From the NCBI GenBank assembly GCA_037146775.1, contig JBAWWL010000003.1, positions 133,956-197,955 on the forward strand: DNA of 64,000 nucleotides. The letters are read 5' to 3'. The first letter of the stretch is position 1; every line of letters starts with the position of its first letter. The DNA comes from Candidatus Omnitrophota bacterium (GTDB lineage: Bacteria > Omnitrophota > Gorgyraeia > Duberdicusellales > 4484-171). Shown here in pieces: positions 26,675-37,828 of this stretch. The notes beneath the pieces are model-generated. The model was not told the DNA's origin. It ran no database searches and was given only the letters and a program-made list of their open reading frames with translations. A program made the position numbers and the translations under genes.

Positions 26675-27874
26675 ATGAAATACATTTTTATTGTTCCTGA
26701 CGGCGCCGCGGATTATCCTATTGAAATGCTTGCCGGTAAAACTCCTCTGGAGGCAGCGGACAAGCCATTTATGGATTCATTGGCTAAGAAAGGGATCCTG
26801 GGCAGAGTGAAAACCGTTCCAAGTGGATTTACTCCCGCCAGCGACGTGGCTAATCTTTCGCTTTTGGGTTATGAGCCGGAGAAATACTATTGTGGAAGAG
26901 GGCCTCTTGAAGCGGCGAATTTAGGCGTAACGTTAGAAGGGGGCGATGTGGCGTTTCGCTGTAATCTGATCACCGAAGCAGAAGGAAAAATTTTGGATTA
27001 TAGTGCCGGGCATATCAGTGACCACGAGGCAAAGCTGCTTATCGAACATATCAATACTAATGTAGGCACCAAAGAGATCGAATTTTATCCGGGTAAAAGT
27101 TACCGTCACCTGATGGTGTTTCGCCAGGGTGCCGGGCTTGGTCTTGAGAAGCTTACTTGTGTTGCTCCCCATGATATCATGGGCAAGCCTATAAAAAAAC
27201 ATATGCCGCAAGGTAAAAACAACGAAGTAATCGCAAAACTTATGCAGCGTTCGCAGGAGCTTCTCAAAGAGCATGAAATTAATAAGGTACGTATTGATTT
27301 GGGCGAAAATCCCGCTAATATGATTTGGCTCTGGGGTAGCGGGAAAAAGCCGGCGATCCCTCTGTTTCAGGAAAAATTCGGCTTACGCGGAGCGGTTATT
27401 TCCGCTGTTGATCTCATTAACGGGATTGGCAAAATTATCGGTTTGAAGGTTATTAAAGTGGAAGGAGCGAACGCTTATTATGATACCAATTATCAGGGTA
27501 AAGCCTTGGCTGCACTCGAAGCTTTGGAAGAGGTTGATTTTGTGTTTATCCACATAGAAGCAACGGATGAAGCCGGCCACAACCAGGATTTACGCATGAA
27601 AATTGCATGCATCGAACGCATCGATAAACTGGTGGTGGGAACGATTATCCAGAAAATGCAGGAAGGTACGTATCGGATCCTGATTGCTCCCGATCATCCT
27701 ACGCCGGTTTCAAAACGCACCCACACGGATGAGCCGGTGCCGTTTCTTATGGCCGGTAGCGGCATATCCAGCGGTGGTTTCTCTGCGTATTCGGAAACCG
27801 ATGCGGCAAATTCCAAGCTCTATTTGAATAGTGGTATAGAGTTGATGAAGTATTTTTTAAACCCGTCTCGTTAA
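26675..27874 (+). CDS. apgM: Cofactor-independent phosphoglycerate mutase, ApgM type
   Basis: PDGAAD, GKTPLEAA, SDVANLSLLGY, GRGPLEA, DEAGH, PDHPTP. Confidence 0.92.
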   Translation: MKYIFIVPDGAADYPIEMLAGKTPLEAADKPFMDSLAKKGILGRVKTVPSGFTPASDVANLSLLGYEPEKYYCGRGPLEAANLGVTLEGGDVAFRCNLITEAEGKILDYSAGHISDHEAKLLIEHINTNVGTKEIEFYPGKSYRHLMVFRQGAGLGLEKLTCVAPHDIMGKPIKKHMPQGKNNEVIAKLMQRSQELLKEHEINKVRIDLGENPANMIWLWGSGKKPAIPLFQEKFGLRGAVISAVDLINGIGKIIGLKVIKVEGANAYYDTNYQGKALAALEALEEVDFVFIHIEATDEAGHNQDLRMKIACIERIDKLVVGTIIQKMQEGTYRILIAPDHPTPVSKRTHTDEPVPFLMAGSGISSGGFSAYSETDAANSKLYLNSGIELMKYFLNPSR

Positions 27875-27899
27875 AGATAAAAAATAATATTACGAAATA

Positions 27900-29468
27900 A
27901 TGAGCACATTTATTTTTTTAATAGTTTTGCTGGTGATGGTGGCCGGCTATTTTGTGTACGGACGATGGGTGAGCAGGTTCTTCGGTATCGACGTGTACCG
28001 CAAAACCCCCGCATATACGCATTATGACGGTATTGATTATGTCCCGTCGAAAAACTGGCTTATTCTTTTCGGTCACCATTTTGCTTCGATTGCCGGCGCC
28101 GGCCCGATTGTTGGACCGATATTTGCGTACATCTATTGGGGATGGTTCGGTGTGCTCTTGTGGATTATTTTTGGTTCGATTTTTATCGGAGGAATTCACG
28201 ATTTCGCGGCATTGTTTTTGTCGTTACGGGAAGGTGGCAGCAGTATCGGAGATATTGCAAAGAAATATATTTCTAAACGCGCAAGTATCATCTTTTTGAT
28301 TTTCCTCTGGATGGCTCTTATCCTGATAAACGCGGTGTTTGCTGCTTTATGTGCGCAGAGCTTTGTTGATGAGCCGAAGATTGTTTTTCCTTCTCTGGGG
28401 CTCATTCCGGTGGCAATGGTGGTAGGAGTGCTTCTCTATAAAATGAAAGCGAACACGCTTTTATCGACCGTTTTTGGTTTGTGTGCCCTGCTGTATTTGG
28501 TTGTTCTGGGTAACGGATTTCCCGTTGCGATAAGTAATAACGCGTATTATTTTTGGGTGGCCATACTTTTTATTTATTGCTTTCTGGCATCTGTGCTTCC
28601 GGTGAACATATTGCTTCAACCGCGCGATTATCTTTCCAGTTTTCTTTTATTTTTTGGCCTCGCGGTTTCTTGTTTGGCAATTGTAGTTAAGCCGCTTCCT
28701 CTGGAATCGGCTCATTTTTTTAAATTTTCTTCCCCGATCGGTTCTTTTTTCCCTTTACTTTTCATTACCGTTGCCTGCGGGGCGGTTTCCGGATTCCATG
28801 CCTTGGTTTCCAGTGGCACCACCTCCAAACAGCTCGCTTCGGAAAAAGACATACAAAAAATAGGTTACGGCGCAATGATTGTAGAGGCTATATTGGCGGC
28901 GGTGGCGCTATTTTGTGTTGTATTCGGCGTAAAAAAAATTCCGGCAGGAAAGACCCCCATAGACATTTTTGCTCTCGGTTTTTCAAATGTGGTATTTTTC
29001 TTGGGTAGTTACGCTAAACCGTTCGCGTTTTTATTGTTGAATGCGTTTATTCTGACCACTCTTGATACTTCAACGAGGATTACCCGTTATCTAACCCAGG
29101 AACTGTTTCATATCAATAATAAATATCTGGCGACGTGTGTAGTGGTGCTTTTTTCCGGCTATCTGTGTTTGAGCGGCCAATGGCAGATGCTTTGGCCGAT
29201 CTTTGGCGCATCGAACCAGCTGGTTGCGGGCTTGACGCTTTTGGTGGCAAGCGCGTATCTCCTGCAGCATAAAAAAAGTTGCCGTATAACCCTTATCCCT
29301 GCAGGCATTATGTTTGTTATCACCGGTTGCGCATTGGTGATACAGGCAATGGAATTTTTCAGCAAAAGAAATTATTTTCTCTTTGTAATCAATATAATAC
29401 TTATAGCGCTTGGTGTATTCATTGTTATGGAATTTTTTAAAAAAAGAAGGAGCATATATGCAGGCTAA
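27900..29468 (+). CDS. cstA: Carbon starvation protein A (peptide/pyruvate transporter)
   Basis: FGHHFASIAGAGPIVGP, LLQPRDY, ACGAVSGFH, LTTLDT, FGASNQL. Confidence 0.94.
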   Translation: MSTFIFLIVLLVMVAGYFVYGRWVSRFFGIDVYRKTPAYTHYDGIDYVPSKNWLILFGHHFASIAGAGPIVGPIFAYIYWGWFGVLLWIIFGSIFIGGIHDFAALFLSLREGGSSIGDIAKKYISKRASIIFLIFLWMALILINAVFAALCAQSFVDEPKIVFPSLGLIPVAMVVGVLLYKMKANTLLSTVFGLCALLYLVVLGNGFPVAISNNAYYFWVAILFIYCFLASVLPVNILLQPRDYLSSFLLFFGLAVSCLAIVVKPLPLESAHFFKFSSPIGSFFPLLFITVACGAVSGFHALVSSGTTSKQLASEKDIQKIGYGAMIVEAILAAVALFCVVFGVKKIPAGKTPIDIFALGFSNVVFFLGSYAKPFAFLLLNAFILTTLDTSTRITRYLTQELFHINNKYLATCVVVLFSGYLCLSGQWQMLWPIFGASNQLVAGLTLLVASAYLLQHKKSCRITLIPAGIMFVITGCALVIQAMEFFSKRNYFLFVINIILIALGVFIVMEFFKKRRSIYAG

Positions 29469-30687
29469 ATTGATTATACAAAAATATGGGGGAACCTCGG
29501 TGGGGGATGTCAAACGCCTTGAGGCGGTTGCCGAGCGTATTGCTTCCTGTGTCAAGAAAGGGCACAGGCTGGTGGTGGTAGTCTCGGCCATGGGGGATAC
29601 CACTGATGAATTGATCGATCTGGCGAGAAAGATCAATCAACATCCTTCGGAGCGGGAGATGGACATGCTTATTTCTACCGGAGAACAGATTTCGTCGGCG
29701 CTTTTGGCAATGGCGATACACACCAAAGGTTGCGAGGCTATTTCTTTTACCGGCCCGCAAGTCGGCATTATTACCGATACCTATCATACCAAGGCAAAAA
29801 TTTTAAAGATTGAAACAAGCCGGATAAAAGAAGAGCTCGCTCGAGGTAAAGTCGTTATCGTCGCTGGTTTTCAGGGAATCAGCACCAAATCAGAAATCAC
29901 TACATTGGGTAGAGGCGGTTCGGATTTAAGTGCGGTCGCTTTGGCGGTTGCCCTTGGAGCCGACATGTGCGAGATCTATACGGATGTTGAAGGCATTTTT
30001 ACTGCCGACCCACGCATTGTTCCCGGGGCGCGTAAACTTAAATACATTACTTTTGACGAAATGTTGGAGCTGGCTGCTCGCGGTGCACAGGTGATGCAAA
30101 CCAGGGCGGTTGAGGTTGGTAAAAAATTTAACATGCCTATTTATGTACGTTCAAGCTTTAGCCAAAAGGAGGGAACGGTAATCATGAACAAAAAACCACA
30201 CATTGAAGAGCCCGTGGTTCGCGGAGTTGCTTTAACAGAAAACGAAGCCAAGATCACTATTTGTGACGTTCCCGATCAGCCGGGCATCGCGGCAGAGATT
30301 TTTAATGATTTAGCTTCCCAGAATATTAACATCGATATGATCGTACAAAATGTCAGCCATCGTAAAATGACCGATGTTTCTTTTACTGTGCCTAAGGATA
30401 ATTTGCAAAAGGCACTTAAAACCGCCAAAAAGATTTCGGGAAGTATTTCTGCCGGTGGTGTGCTTTCTGACGAAAATGTGGCGAAAGTTTCAGTCGTGGG
30501 AGTGGGTATGAAATCGCAATCTGGTGTTGCGGCGAAGTGTTTTTCGGCCCTGGCAAAACATAAAATTAATATTGAGATGATTTCGACCTCCGAGATCAGT
30601 ATTTCCTGTGTGGTAAAAAAAGAGTTGGGGAAAGAATCTTTGAGGGTGCTGCATAAAGAGTTTGGATTGGAAAAAATAAAAGGATAA
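29458..30687 (+). CDS. lysC: Aspartate kinase
   Basis: QKYGGTSV, VSAMGDTTD, TTLGRGGSD, two ACT domains, STSEISIS. Confidence 0.96.
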   Translation: MQAKLIIQKYGGTSVGDVKRLEAVAERIASCVKKGHRLVVVVSAMGDTTDELIDLARKINQHPSEREMDMLISTGEQISSALLAMAIHTKGCEAISFTGPQVGIITDTYHTKAKILKIETSRIKEELARGKVVIVAGFQGISTKSEITTLGRGGSDLSAVALAVALGADMCEIYTDVEGIFTADPRIVPGARKLKYITFDEMLELAARGAQVMQTRAVEVGKKFNMPIYVRSSFSQKEGTVIMNKKPHIEEPVVRGVALTENEAKITICDVPDQPGIAAEIFNDLASQNINIDMIVQNVSHRKMTDVSFTVPKDNLQKALKTAKKISGSISAGGVLSDENVAKVSVVGVGMKSQSGVAAKCFSALAKHKINIEMISTSEISISCVVKKELGKESLRVLHKEFGLEKIKG

Positions 30688-30859
30688 ACGAGGTTTTATA
30701 GGTTTAGTCTTTATTTCTCCGGTGAGAATGTATCAATGTCATCACAGGCGAGTGTGCATCGCCTTGCCGCAGGGGAAAGAGGCATACGGATTGTCTGTAA
30801 TGTGTGAGGGGTATATTGTTTCGGTTGAGACATAAAGACTTTGCAGGGGAGTATTGATA

Positions 30860-32437
30860 ATGAAAAAAATAGCCATATACGACACGACATTACGTGATGG
30901 CGCACAGACAGAAGGAATCTCTTATTCGCTGCACGACAAAATTACCATCACCAAACGTTTGGATGAGTTTGGTGTAGATTTCATTGAAGGAGGCTGGCCG
31001 TACTCAAATCCTAAAGATAAAGAGTTGTTTAAGTATTTTAAGAAAAACCCTTTACGCAATTCCCAGCTTGTTCCTTTTGGTTCTACCGCTCATCCCGCGC
31101 ATGCAGCTTCGGAAGATAAAAATTTGCTCAGTCTCATTGCTGCCGGGACAGAGTGGGTGACTATCTTTGGCAAAACGTGGGATTTGCATGTCGAGGAAAT
31201 CTTAAAAATAAAGCCAGAAGATAATTTAAAAATTATTTATGAAAGTGTAAAATTCTTAAAGAAGAAAGGAAAAAAAGTTTTTTATGATGCTGAGCATTTC
31301 TTTGACGGCTACAAAGCCAACCCCTCCTATGCGCTTAAGACCGTAGAAGCAGCCATATCCGGCGGTTGTGATTTGCTTGTGTTTTGTGATACTAACGGCG
31401 GCACGCTTCCCTGGCATGTACAGGAAGTCGTTAAGGGCGTGAAAAAACAGCTTTGCTTGGAACATTTTGGTATCCATTGCCACAATGATTTAGGTCTTGC
31501 CTTGGCGAATTCGCTTATCTCCATACCCGATGGCTTAGAGCAAATTCAAGGTACTATTAACGGCTATGGTGAGCGCTGTGGCAACACCGATTTGATACTG
31601 GTGATGGGAATATTGCAGCTGAAAATGAATTACGAACCGTTATTTCCCAAAAAAATGGCAGAGCTAACCAAACTCTCTCATGTTATAAGCGAAATCAGCA
31701 ATATGGCTCAGCGAGATAACCATCCTTTTGTGGGAAGCAGCGCCTTTGCCCATAAGGGCGGTATCCATATTGATGCAGTTATTAAGAATCCTCTTGCCTA
31801 TGAACATATTGATCCCGTATCGGTGGGTAATAAGCGCCGTTTTCTCGTTTCGGAATTAGCCGGGAAATCCACACTGGTCATAAAAGCAAAAGAGCTGGAA
31901 TTTGATTTGGATAAGAAATCTGCTCAGGCAAAGAAGATACATAAACTAATTCAAAAATTAGAGAAGCAGGGATATCAGTTTGAAGCCGCCGAAGGATCAT
32001 TCAAACTACTTCTGCAAAAGGAATTTAAAAAGTATAAGAAATTTTTTGATTTGTTGGGTTTTCGGGTCAGCGTGGAGAAACGAGAGGATGGCAGATTGAT
32101 TTCCGAAGCGGTGGTGAAACTGAAGATACAGAACAAACTGGAACATAGTGCCGCCGAGGGAGATGGCCCGGTAAACGCGCTTGATAACGCCCTACGCAAG
32201 GCGCTTAAGAATTTCTATCCAACCTTGTCTAAAATGCACCTCACTGATTTTAAAGTAAGGGTTTTGGACGAAAAAAGCGGAACTGCCGCCAAAGTACGGG
32301 TATTGATTGAATCCCAAGATGAAAACGAAGACTGGTCAACCATTGGCGTCTCCGAAAACATTATTGAGGCTTCTTGGAATGCGCTGGTTGACTCGGTAGA
32401 GTATAAACTGTTGAAAGATTTACACGCCCAAGAGTGA
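30860..32437 (+). CDS. cimA: Citramalate synthase
   Basis: DTTLRDGAQTEG, EGGWPYSNPKD, DAEHFFDG, AHKGGIH, GYQFEAAEGSF. Confidence 0.93.
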   Translation: MKKIAIYDTTLRDGAQTEGISYSLHDKITITKRLDEFGVDFIEGGWPYSNPKDKELFKYFKKNPLRNSQLVPFGSTAHPAHAASEDKNLLSLIAAGTEWVTIFGKTWDLHVEEILKIKPEDNLKIIYESVKFLKKKGKKVFYDAEHFFDGYKANPSYALKTVEAAISGGCDLLVFCDTNGGTLPWHVQEVVKGVKKQLCLEHFGIHCHNDLGLALANSLISIPDGLEQIQGTINGYGERCGNTDLILVMGILQLKMNYEPLFPKKMAELTKLSHVISEISNMAQRDNHPFVGSSAFAHKGGIHIDAVIKNPLAYEHIDPVSVGNKRRFLVSELAGKSTLVIKAKELEFDLDKKSAQAKKIHKLIQKLEKQGYQFEAAEGSFKLLLQKEFKKYKKFFDLLGFRVSVEKREDGRLISEAVVKLKIQNKLEHSAAEGDGPVNALDNALRKALKNFYPTLSKMHLTDFKVRVLDEKSGTAAKVRVLIESQDENEDWSTIGVSENIIEASWNALVDSVEYKLLKDLHAQE

Positions 32438-32554
32438 AAAGGTTGCCAGGAAAAATAAATTCCTGATTATTTGTTTATCTTTCCTGCCGGTAGCCGTTGG
32501 GCAAAAAGAAATTTACTTGCTGCGCCGCATATTCAGCCGAGTCGGGAATATCCA

Positions 32555-32588
32555 GAGAAACCACGGGCTAAAGCCCGTGGAGGTTCAT
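32555..32588. mobile_element. Isolated IS200/IS605-like end hairpin
   Basis: GAGAAA-CCACGGGCT-AA-AGCCCGTGG-AGGTTCAT; same flanks as 3677-3709. Confidence 0.6.
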
Positions 32589-32612
32589 TTGGCGTATCAA
32601 AATAACCCGCAC

Positions 32613-34250
32613 ATGAAATATTATATTATTTATATAGCGGTACTTATGACAGCATTCATTACTCGTAGTGTGTATGCTGAAACGGTTACTCTTAAGTCAG
32701 GAAAAATCGTGCAAGGCAAGGTTCTTGAACAAACCGATGTGTACCTTGTTATGGAAATTTCTGGATTAGAAATAAAATACTATCTCGACGAGATAACAAG
32801 TATAGACGGTAAAGTGCTTGCTTCTGTTATTCCCGGAACCCAGCCACCGGACTCTTCGCAGAATATACCCGGCTTAGAGCAAACATTCCAAGATGCAGAC
32901 GTGGGATACTCGCTCGGTTATCCGTCCAGTTGGGAACTTGTACCTGATGCGGAGAAGAAAAAAGGTTGTAGCGTGAGCCTGCGTTCAAAGAAAATCAGCC
33001 GTAGCGAACCGGCGGTATACCTGTCTTTACAACAAGGCAATTACAGCGAAGATAAACTAAAAGATAAAAATACCATGAGTGATCTGTTGAGCCTTTTGCC
33101 TTTGCCGCGGGAGTTAAAACAAGAATCAGCGGATGCCGTTACCATACATCAGGATTCCTGGCTTTTTATGCGTTACACGCAAAATATTCCCTATACCCTT
33201 ACCAACGTCGACGAAAAAGGAAATAGCTTGAACGGTTTTATGACCAGCTATTATGATTATTATTTCTTTTCTCCGGTATTTGTTTCGCAAGGCAAAAACA
33301 AAAGATTTTTTCTTATCGAGGTGTATTATCTTAAATTCAATCCGTTGGCCGAAGACAGTAACAGCAGCATAACCAAAACGATTATTGAGAAACACATGTT
33401 ATCTAATGACCGTTATAATGAGAACGTGGATACGCGCAGCAAAGAAGCCAGGATGGTTGTTGACTCATTTCGTTACCGGCCAAGCGATTCGTCGCCGGAG
33501 CAGGCTGTGTCTTCGGCTGTAGAAAAGAAGGCGTCTCAAGTTCCTTCGGTCAGCGTAAAACTTTCTTTAGGTAAACTTAAGGAGGCACAGGATTATCTGC
33601 AGCGCGGCAGAAACTATCTGATAGATAAGAAATATCAGGATGCGATTATACAGATCCAGAAAGCGCTTGCTATTAACCCGCAGGATGCGTTTGCTTACGT
33701 TAGTTTGGGCGAAGCCTACGGAGCCTTAGGGAATAATAAGCAAGCCGTAGAGTATTTTCGAAAAGCCATGGATATTATTCCTAATTACCTTGAAGCCTAT
33801 GCGGGTTTAGGGTATGTGTATATCGCTTCCGGACAACAACAGGAAGCAGTTGCTGTGTTTCAAAAAGCTACCGAAATTAACCCCAAGTATGCCGAAGGTT
33901 ACCGGGGGTTGGGATATATCTATTCAAGACTTGGCCAATACGATCCGGCCATCACTCAATATCAGAAAGCTTTGAAGATAGACCCGAACAACGTCTATTA
34001 TAATAAAGAAATAGGTTTTCTGTATGTTTCCCTGGGTCAATACCGAGAAGCGATCACCTACTTCCAGAAGGCAATCAAACTTAATCCGGAATATGCCGAA
34101 GGTTACACCGGTTTAGGGTTTGTATATTATTCTCTTGGCCAGAATCAAAATGCAAAAGAACACTTTCAGAAGGCCAGGCAGCTTTTCAGAAATAAACAGG
34201 ACATGGAAGGGGTAAAAATAATAGAGGAATACCTCAAAAAGATCCCCTAA
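32613..34250 (+). CDS. Secreted TPR protein with N-terminal LKSGK module
   Basis: Signal peptide ending VYA; ETVTLKSGKIVQGKVLE; about 6 C-terminal TPRs; the ORF-track 5' extension runs through the IS-like hairpin and was discarded. Confidence 0.85.
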   Translation: MKYYIIYIAVLMTAFITRSVYAETVTLKSGKIVQGKVLEQTDVYLVMEISGLEIKYYLDEITSIDGKVLASVIPGTQPPDSSQNIPGLEQTFQDADVGYSLGYPSSWELVPDAEKKKGCSVSLRSKKISRSEPAVYLSLQQGNYSEDKLKDKNTMSDLLSLLPLPRELKQESADAVTIHQDSWLFMRYTQNIPYTLTNVDEKGNSLNGFMTSYYDYYFFSPVFVSQGKNKRFFLIEVYYLKFNPLAEDSNSSITKTIIEKHMLSNDRYNENVDTRSKEARMVVDSFRYRPSDSSPEQAVSSAVEKKASQVPSVSVKLSLGKLKEAQDYLQRGRNYLIDKKYQDAIIQIQKALAINPQDAFAYVSLGEAYGALGNNKQAVEYFRKAMDIIPNYLEAYAGLGYVYIASGQQQEAVAVFQKATEINPKYAEGYRGLGYIYSRLGQYDPAITQYQKALKIDPNNVYYNKEIGFLYVSLGQYREAITYFQKAIKLNPEYAEGYTGLGFVYYSLGQNQNAKEHFQKARQLFRNKQDMEGVKIIEEYLKKIP

Positions 34251-34414
34251 CACAGCTTCTAAATCTCAATTCTATCATCATTTATCTGATATATTTACAT
34301 GGTTTTTGAAGAGAAAAAGCAGTTGTTGTCTTTTCGTTTTGAAGTGATATAATTGGATATTTATTAGCCGGGATATAGGCACAAGTATACCCCATTATTA
34401 AAGGATTAATCCAT

Positions 34415-36079
34415 ATGAACGGAGCACGAATACTCATTGAGTCGCTTTTAAAAGAAAAGGTAGAGGTAATGTTTGGTTATCCTGGCGGCCAGGTTTTGCC
34501 AATTTTTGACGCGTTATACGATGCTCCGATCAGGTTTATCTTGACGCGCCACGAACAAGCTGCAGCCCACGCTGCCGATGGTTACGCCCGGGCAACGGGT
34601 AAAGTGGGTGTGTGCCTTGCGACGAGTGGCCCTGGCGCGACTAATTTGACCACAGGCATCGCTACCGCCTACATGGATTCTATCCCGATGGTCGCTATTA
34701 CCGGCCAGGTGAAGACGTTTTTGATCGGTAACGACGCTTTTCAGGAAGCAGATGTTACCGGTATTACCCGGCCTATAACGAAACACAATTATTTAGTTAA
34801 AGATATAAAAGATTTGGCGCGTATTATACAGGAAGCTTTTCATATTGCTTCTACCGGCAGGCCCGGCCCGGTATTAATCGATATCCCCAGTGATATCCAA
34901 CAGCAGAACTATGAATTTATTTGGCCGGAGGAAGTTAATATTAAAGGCTATAAACCAACATATTTCGGCCATCCCGGACAAATCAAAAGAGCGGCAAAAT
35001 TAATCGTTCAGGCAAAAAGGCCTATTATTTATGCCGGTGGAGGGGTTATCACTTCCGGTGCCCATCGGGAATTAAAAATATTGGCAGAAAAGATAAAGGC
35101 TCCGGTGACCATGACCTTGATGGGTTTGGGAGGATTTCCCGGTACCCACGAACTTTCTTTGGGAATGCTCGGTATGCACGGCACCGCATATGCCAACCAC
35201 GCTATTATGGAGTCAGACTTGATCATTGCCGTCGGCGCGCGTTTTGACGACAGGGTTACCGGACGGCTTGACGCTTTTGCGAAAGGCGCAAAGATAATAC
35301 ATATTGACGTTGATCCGTCGTCAATCAGCAAAAATGTCGGTGCGGAAATTCCGGTCGTCGGCGACGCGAGAAATATTTTAGGCCAGTTGCTAGAAGAAAT
35401 AAAAAAAGTTCCCGATACAAAAGAATGGCTTAAGACTATAGAAGGCTGGAAGAAAAAATATCCTCTCTCTTATAAAGATAAAACGAAAATCAGCCCCCAA
35501 TATGTCATGGAACAAATTTATAGTATAACTGCCGGTGACGCTATTATAGCCACCGAGGTCGGACAACATCAAATGTGGGCAGCGCAATGGTACAAATATC
35601 TTTATCCGCGCACGTTTATTTCCAGCGGCGGATTGGGCACTATGGGGTTTGGTTTTCCCGCAGCCATGGGTGCGAAGATTGCTTTTCCCGAAAAATTGGT
35701 TTTTGATATTGCCGGCGATGGCTCTATTCAGATGAACATACAGGAGTTGGCTACCTGTGTGTGTAATAAGATAAACGTGAAGGTAATTATATTTAATAAT
35801 GGTTATTTAGGCATGGTGCGGCAGTGGCAGGAATTGTTTTATAAAAAGCGCTATTCTCATGTGTGTATTACCGCGCCAGATTTTGTGAAGTTGGCGCAAA
35901 GCTACGGTGCCGAAGGAATCCGCATTACTAAAAAAGAAGAAGTGCGCAAAGCTTTGGAGAAAGCCATGAGTATAGATAACACGGTGTTTGTCGATATTCA
36001 GGTTGAGCCGGAAGAGAATGTATTTCCGATGGTTCCGGCAGGAGAAGCTATCAACCGGTTCATCGGCGGGTTGGCCTAG
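34415..36079 (+). CDS. ilvB: Acetolactate synthase large subunit
   Basis: [42 protein letters not shown]. Confidence 0.97.
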   Translation: MNGARILIESLLKEKVEVMFGYPGGQVLPIFDALYDAPIRFILTRHEQAAAHAADGYARATGKVGVCLATSGPGATNLTTGIATAYMDSIPMVAITGQVKTFLIGNDAFQEADVTGITRPITKHNYLVKDIKDLARIIQEAFHIASTGRPGPVLIDIPSDIQQQNYEFIWPEEVNIKGYKPTYFGHPGQIKRAAKLIVQAKRPIIYAGGGVITSGAHRELKILAEKIKAPVTMTLMGLGGFPGTHELSLGMLGMHGTAYANHAIMESDLIIAVGARFDDRVTGRLDAFAKGAKIIHIDVDPSSISKNVGAEIPVVGDARNILGQLLEEIKKVPDTKEWLKTIEGWKKKYPLSYKDKTKISPQYVMEQIYSITAGDAIIATEVGQHQMWAAQWYKYLYPRTFISSGGLGTMGFGFPAAMGAKIAFPEKLVFDIAGDGSIQMNIQELATCVCNKINVKVIIFNNGYLGMVRQWQELFYKKRYSHVCITAPDFVKLAQSYGAEGIRITKKEEVRKALEKAMSIDNTVFVDIQVEPEENVFPMVPAGEAINRFIGGLA

Positions 36080-36137
36080 GAATATTAAGAATCAAAAATA
36101 AGATATAAGTTTTTTATTTTTAGAGGTATAAAGACGG

Positions 36138-36608
36138 ATGAGACATACAATTTCAGTTATAGTCGAAAATAAACCGGGAGTATTGGCACGCATTTCAGGA
36201 TTATTCAGCGCGCGAGGTTACAATATTGCTTCTTTAGCGGTGAGCGAAACATTGGATCCTACCATATCCTATATGACTATGGTGGTGGACGCAGAGGACG
36301 AGCGTATTTTAGAGCAGATAAAAAAACAGCTTAATAAGCTTATCGACGTTATCACCGTTACTGATTTTACTAAAAAAGAACATGTCGAGAGAGAATTAAT
36401 TCTAGTAAAAGTGAACTATGCTGCAAAAGAGAAGAGTAAACTGACAGCTATTTTAAATAAATATATGGCGAAAATAGTGCTTCATAATGCGGATACGGCT
36501 ATTATTGAGGCAGTAGGTGAGCAGGAAGTTATCAAGCAATTGTTGGTCGTGTTGGATAAGATTGGAATAAAAGAATTAATTAGGACAGGAAAAATAGCCA
36601 TCGCTTAG
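36138..36608 (+). CDS. ilvN: Acetolactate synthase small subunit
   Basis: VENKPGVLARISGLFSARGYNI, KQLNKLIDV, ELIRTG. Confidence 0.96.
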   Translation: MRHTISVIVENKPGVLARISGLFSARGYNIASLAVSETLDPTISYMTMVVDAEDERILEQIKKQLNKLIDVITVTDFTKKEHVERELILVKVNYAAKEKSKLTAILNKYMAKIVLHNADTAIIEAVGEQEVIKQLLVVLDKIGIKELIRTGKIAIA

Positions 36609-36610
36609 GA

Positions 36611-36688
36611 AACAGAGGACAGATATCAGAGGTCAGAGGACAGAAGTCAGACGTCAGGTGTCAGAAGACAGAAAAAAGAAGTCAGAAT
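36611..36688. repeat. Heptamer tandem repeat, 11 units of (A/T)CAGAnn
   Basis: CAG every 7 nt from 36613 to 36683, one degenerate unit. Confidence 0.8.
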
Positions 36689-36718
36689 CATAACAGTTGA
36701 ATAATAAGGAGGTAGAAG

Positions 36719-37711
36719 ATGGCACAGGTGTATTATGACAAGGACGCGGATCTTGATTTATTAAAAGGCAAAACCATCGCTATCATCGGCTACGGTATTC
36801 AGGGTCGCGGCCAGGCGTTGTGTTTACGCGATACGGGCTGTACCGTAATTGTTTCGGAGCTTTCAGGTACACCGAACTATGAGCAGGCAAAGAAAGATGG
36901 TTTTAATCCTGTTTCTGCCGCTCAGGCCGCTACAGAAGGAGACATTATCCAGATTTTAACTCAAGATCATGTACAGGCGAAAGTGTACGCAGAACATATT
37001 AAGCCAAACCTGAAAAAAGGAAAAGCGCTTTGTTTTTCGCACGGATTTAATATCCGTTTTAAACAGATAAAACCGCCAAAAAATGTAGACGTCTTTATGG
37101 TTGCTCCTAAGGGCCCAGGAGCTTTGGTGCGGCGTATGTATGAGGAAGGTAAGGGTGTTCCTTGTTTAGTCGCAGTTTTCCAGGATGGATCAGGCCAGGC
37201 AAAACAGCTTGCGCTTGCTTATGCGAAAGCCATCGGCGGTACTCGCATGGGAGTTATTGAAACAACTTTTGCGGAAGAGACCGAAACCGATTTATTTGGT
37301 GAACAGGCGGTGCTTTGCGGTGGTGTCAGTGAGCTGATCAAGGCTGGTTTTGATACTTTGATCGAAGCAGGATATCAACCGGAGATTGCTTATTTCGAAG
37401 TACTACACGAATTAAAGCTCATTACAGATTTAATACAGGAATTTGGTATCAGCGGAATGCGGCGCCGAGTTTCCAATACTGCGTGTTACGGTGATCTCAC
37501 CAGGGGGCCGATGGTAGTTAACGAAAAAACACGTAAAACCATGCAAAAGATTCTTAAAAGTATCCGCTCGGGAAAGTTTGCGCGGGAATGGATCAAAGAA
37601 AATGAAGCCGGCAGAAAGAATTTTGATAGCCTTTTGAAGAAAGGCGATGAACACAAAATAGAACAAGTAGGAAAACAGCTTCGGGAAATGATGCCTTGGA
37701 TGAAAAAATAG
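36719..37711 (+). CDS. ilvC: Ketol-acid reductoisomerase
   Basis: [42 protein letters not shown]. Confidence 0.97.
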   Translation: MAQVYYDKDADLDLLKGKTIAIIGYGIQGRGQALCLRDTGCTVIVSELSGTPNYEQAKKDGFNPVSAAQAATEGDIIQILTQDHVQAKVYAEHIKPNLKKGKALCFSHGFNIRFKQIKPPKNVDVFMVAPKGPGALVRRMYEEGKGVPCLVAVFQDGSGQAKQLALAYAKAIGGTRMGVIETTFAEETETDLFGEQAVLCGGVSELIKAGFDTLIEAGYQPEIAYFEVLHELKLITDLIQEFGISGMRRRVSNTACYGDLTRGPMVVNEKTRKTMQKILKSIRSGKFAREWIKENEAGRKNFDSLLKKGDEHKIEQVGKQLREMMPWMKK

Positions 37712-37822
37712 ATCCTTCGGTTGCTTTGCAGCCTCAGGATTAATTCGCACTATTATTTTTTTGCGTGCCTTTGACACTTGGAAAAATAATGTGCTTATTA
37801 AAATGATGCCCTGGATGAAAAA
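37686..37822 (+). repeat. 22 bp direct duplication of the ilvC 3' end flanking a 93 bp insert
   Basis: AAATGATGCC(T/C)TGGATGAAAAA at 37686-37707 and 37801-37822 (21/22 identical). Confidence 0.85.
37741..37800. repeat. ~60 bp palindromic miniature element, copy 2
   Basis: TAATTCGCACTATTATTTTTTT...AAAAATAATGTGCTTATTA; arms are the reverse complement of 3443-3504. Confidence 0.75.
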
Positions 37823-37828
37823 CAAATA

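Noticed and set aside
27880-27920. Apparent head-to-tail junction of the 60 bp palindromic element at the cstA start
   Set aside because: AT-rich with several mismatches, and half of it is the cstA coding start; chance similarity cannot be excluded
30688-30859. Riboswitch, T-box or attenuator upstream of cimA
   Set aside because: No T-box motif, leader peptide or terminator recognised
36611-36688. Possible CRISPR array
   Set aside because: 7 nt period with no 23-47 bp repeats separated by unique spacers, and no cas genes
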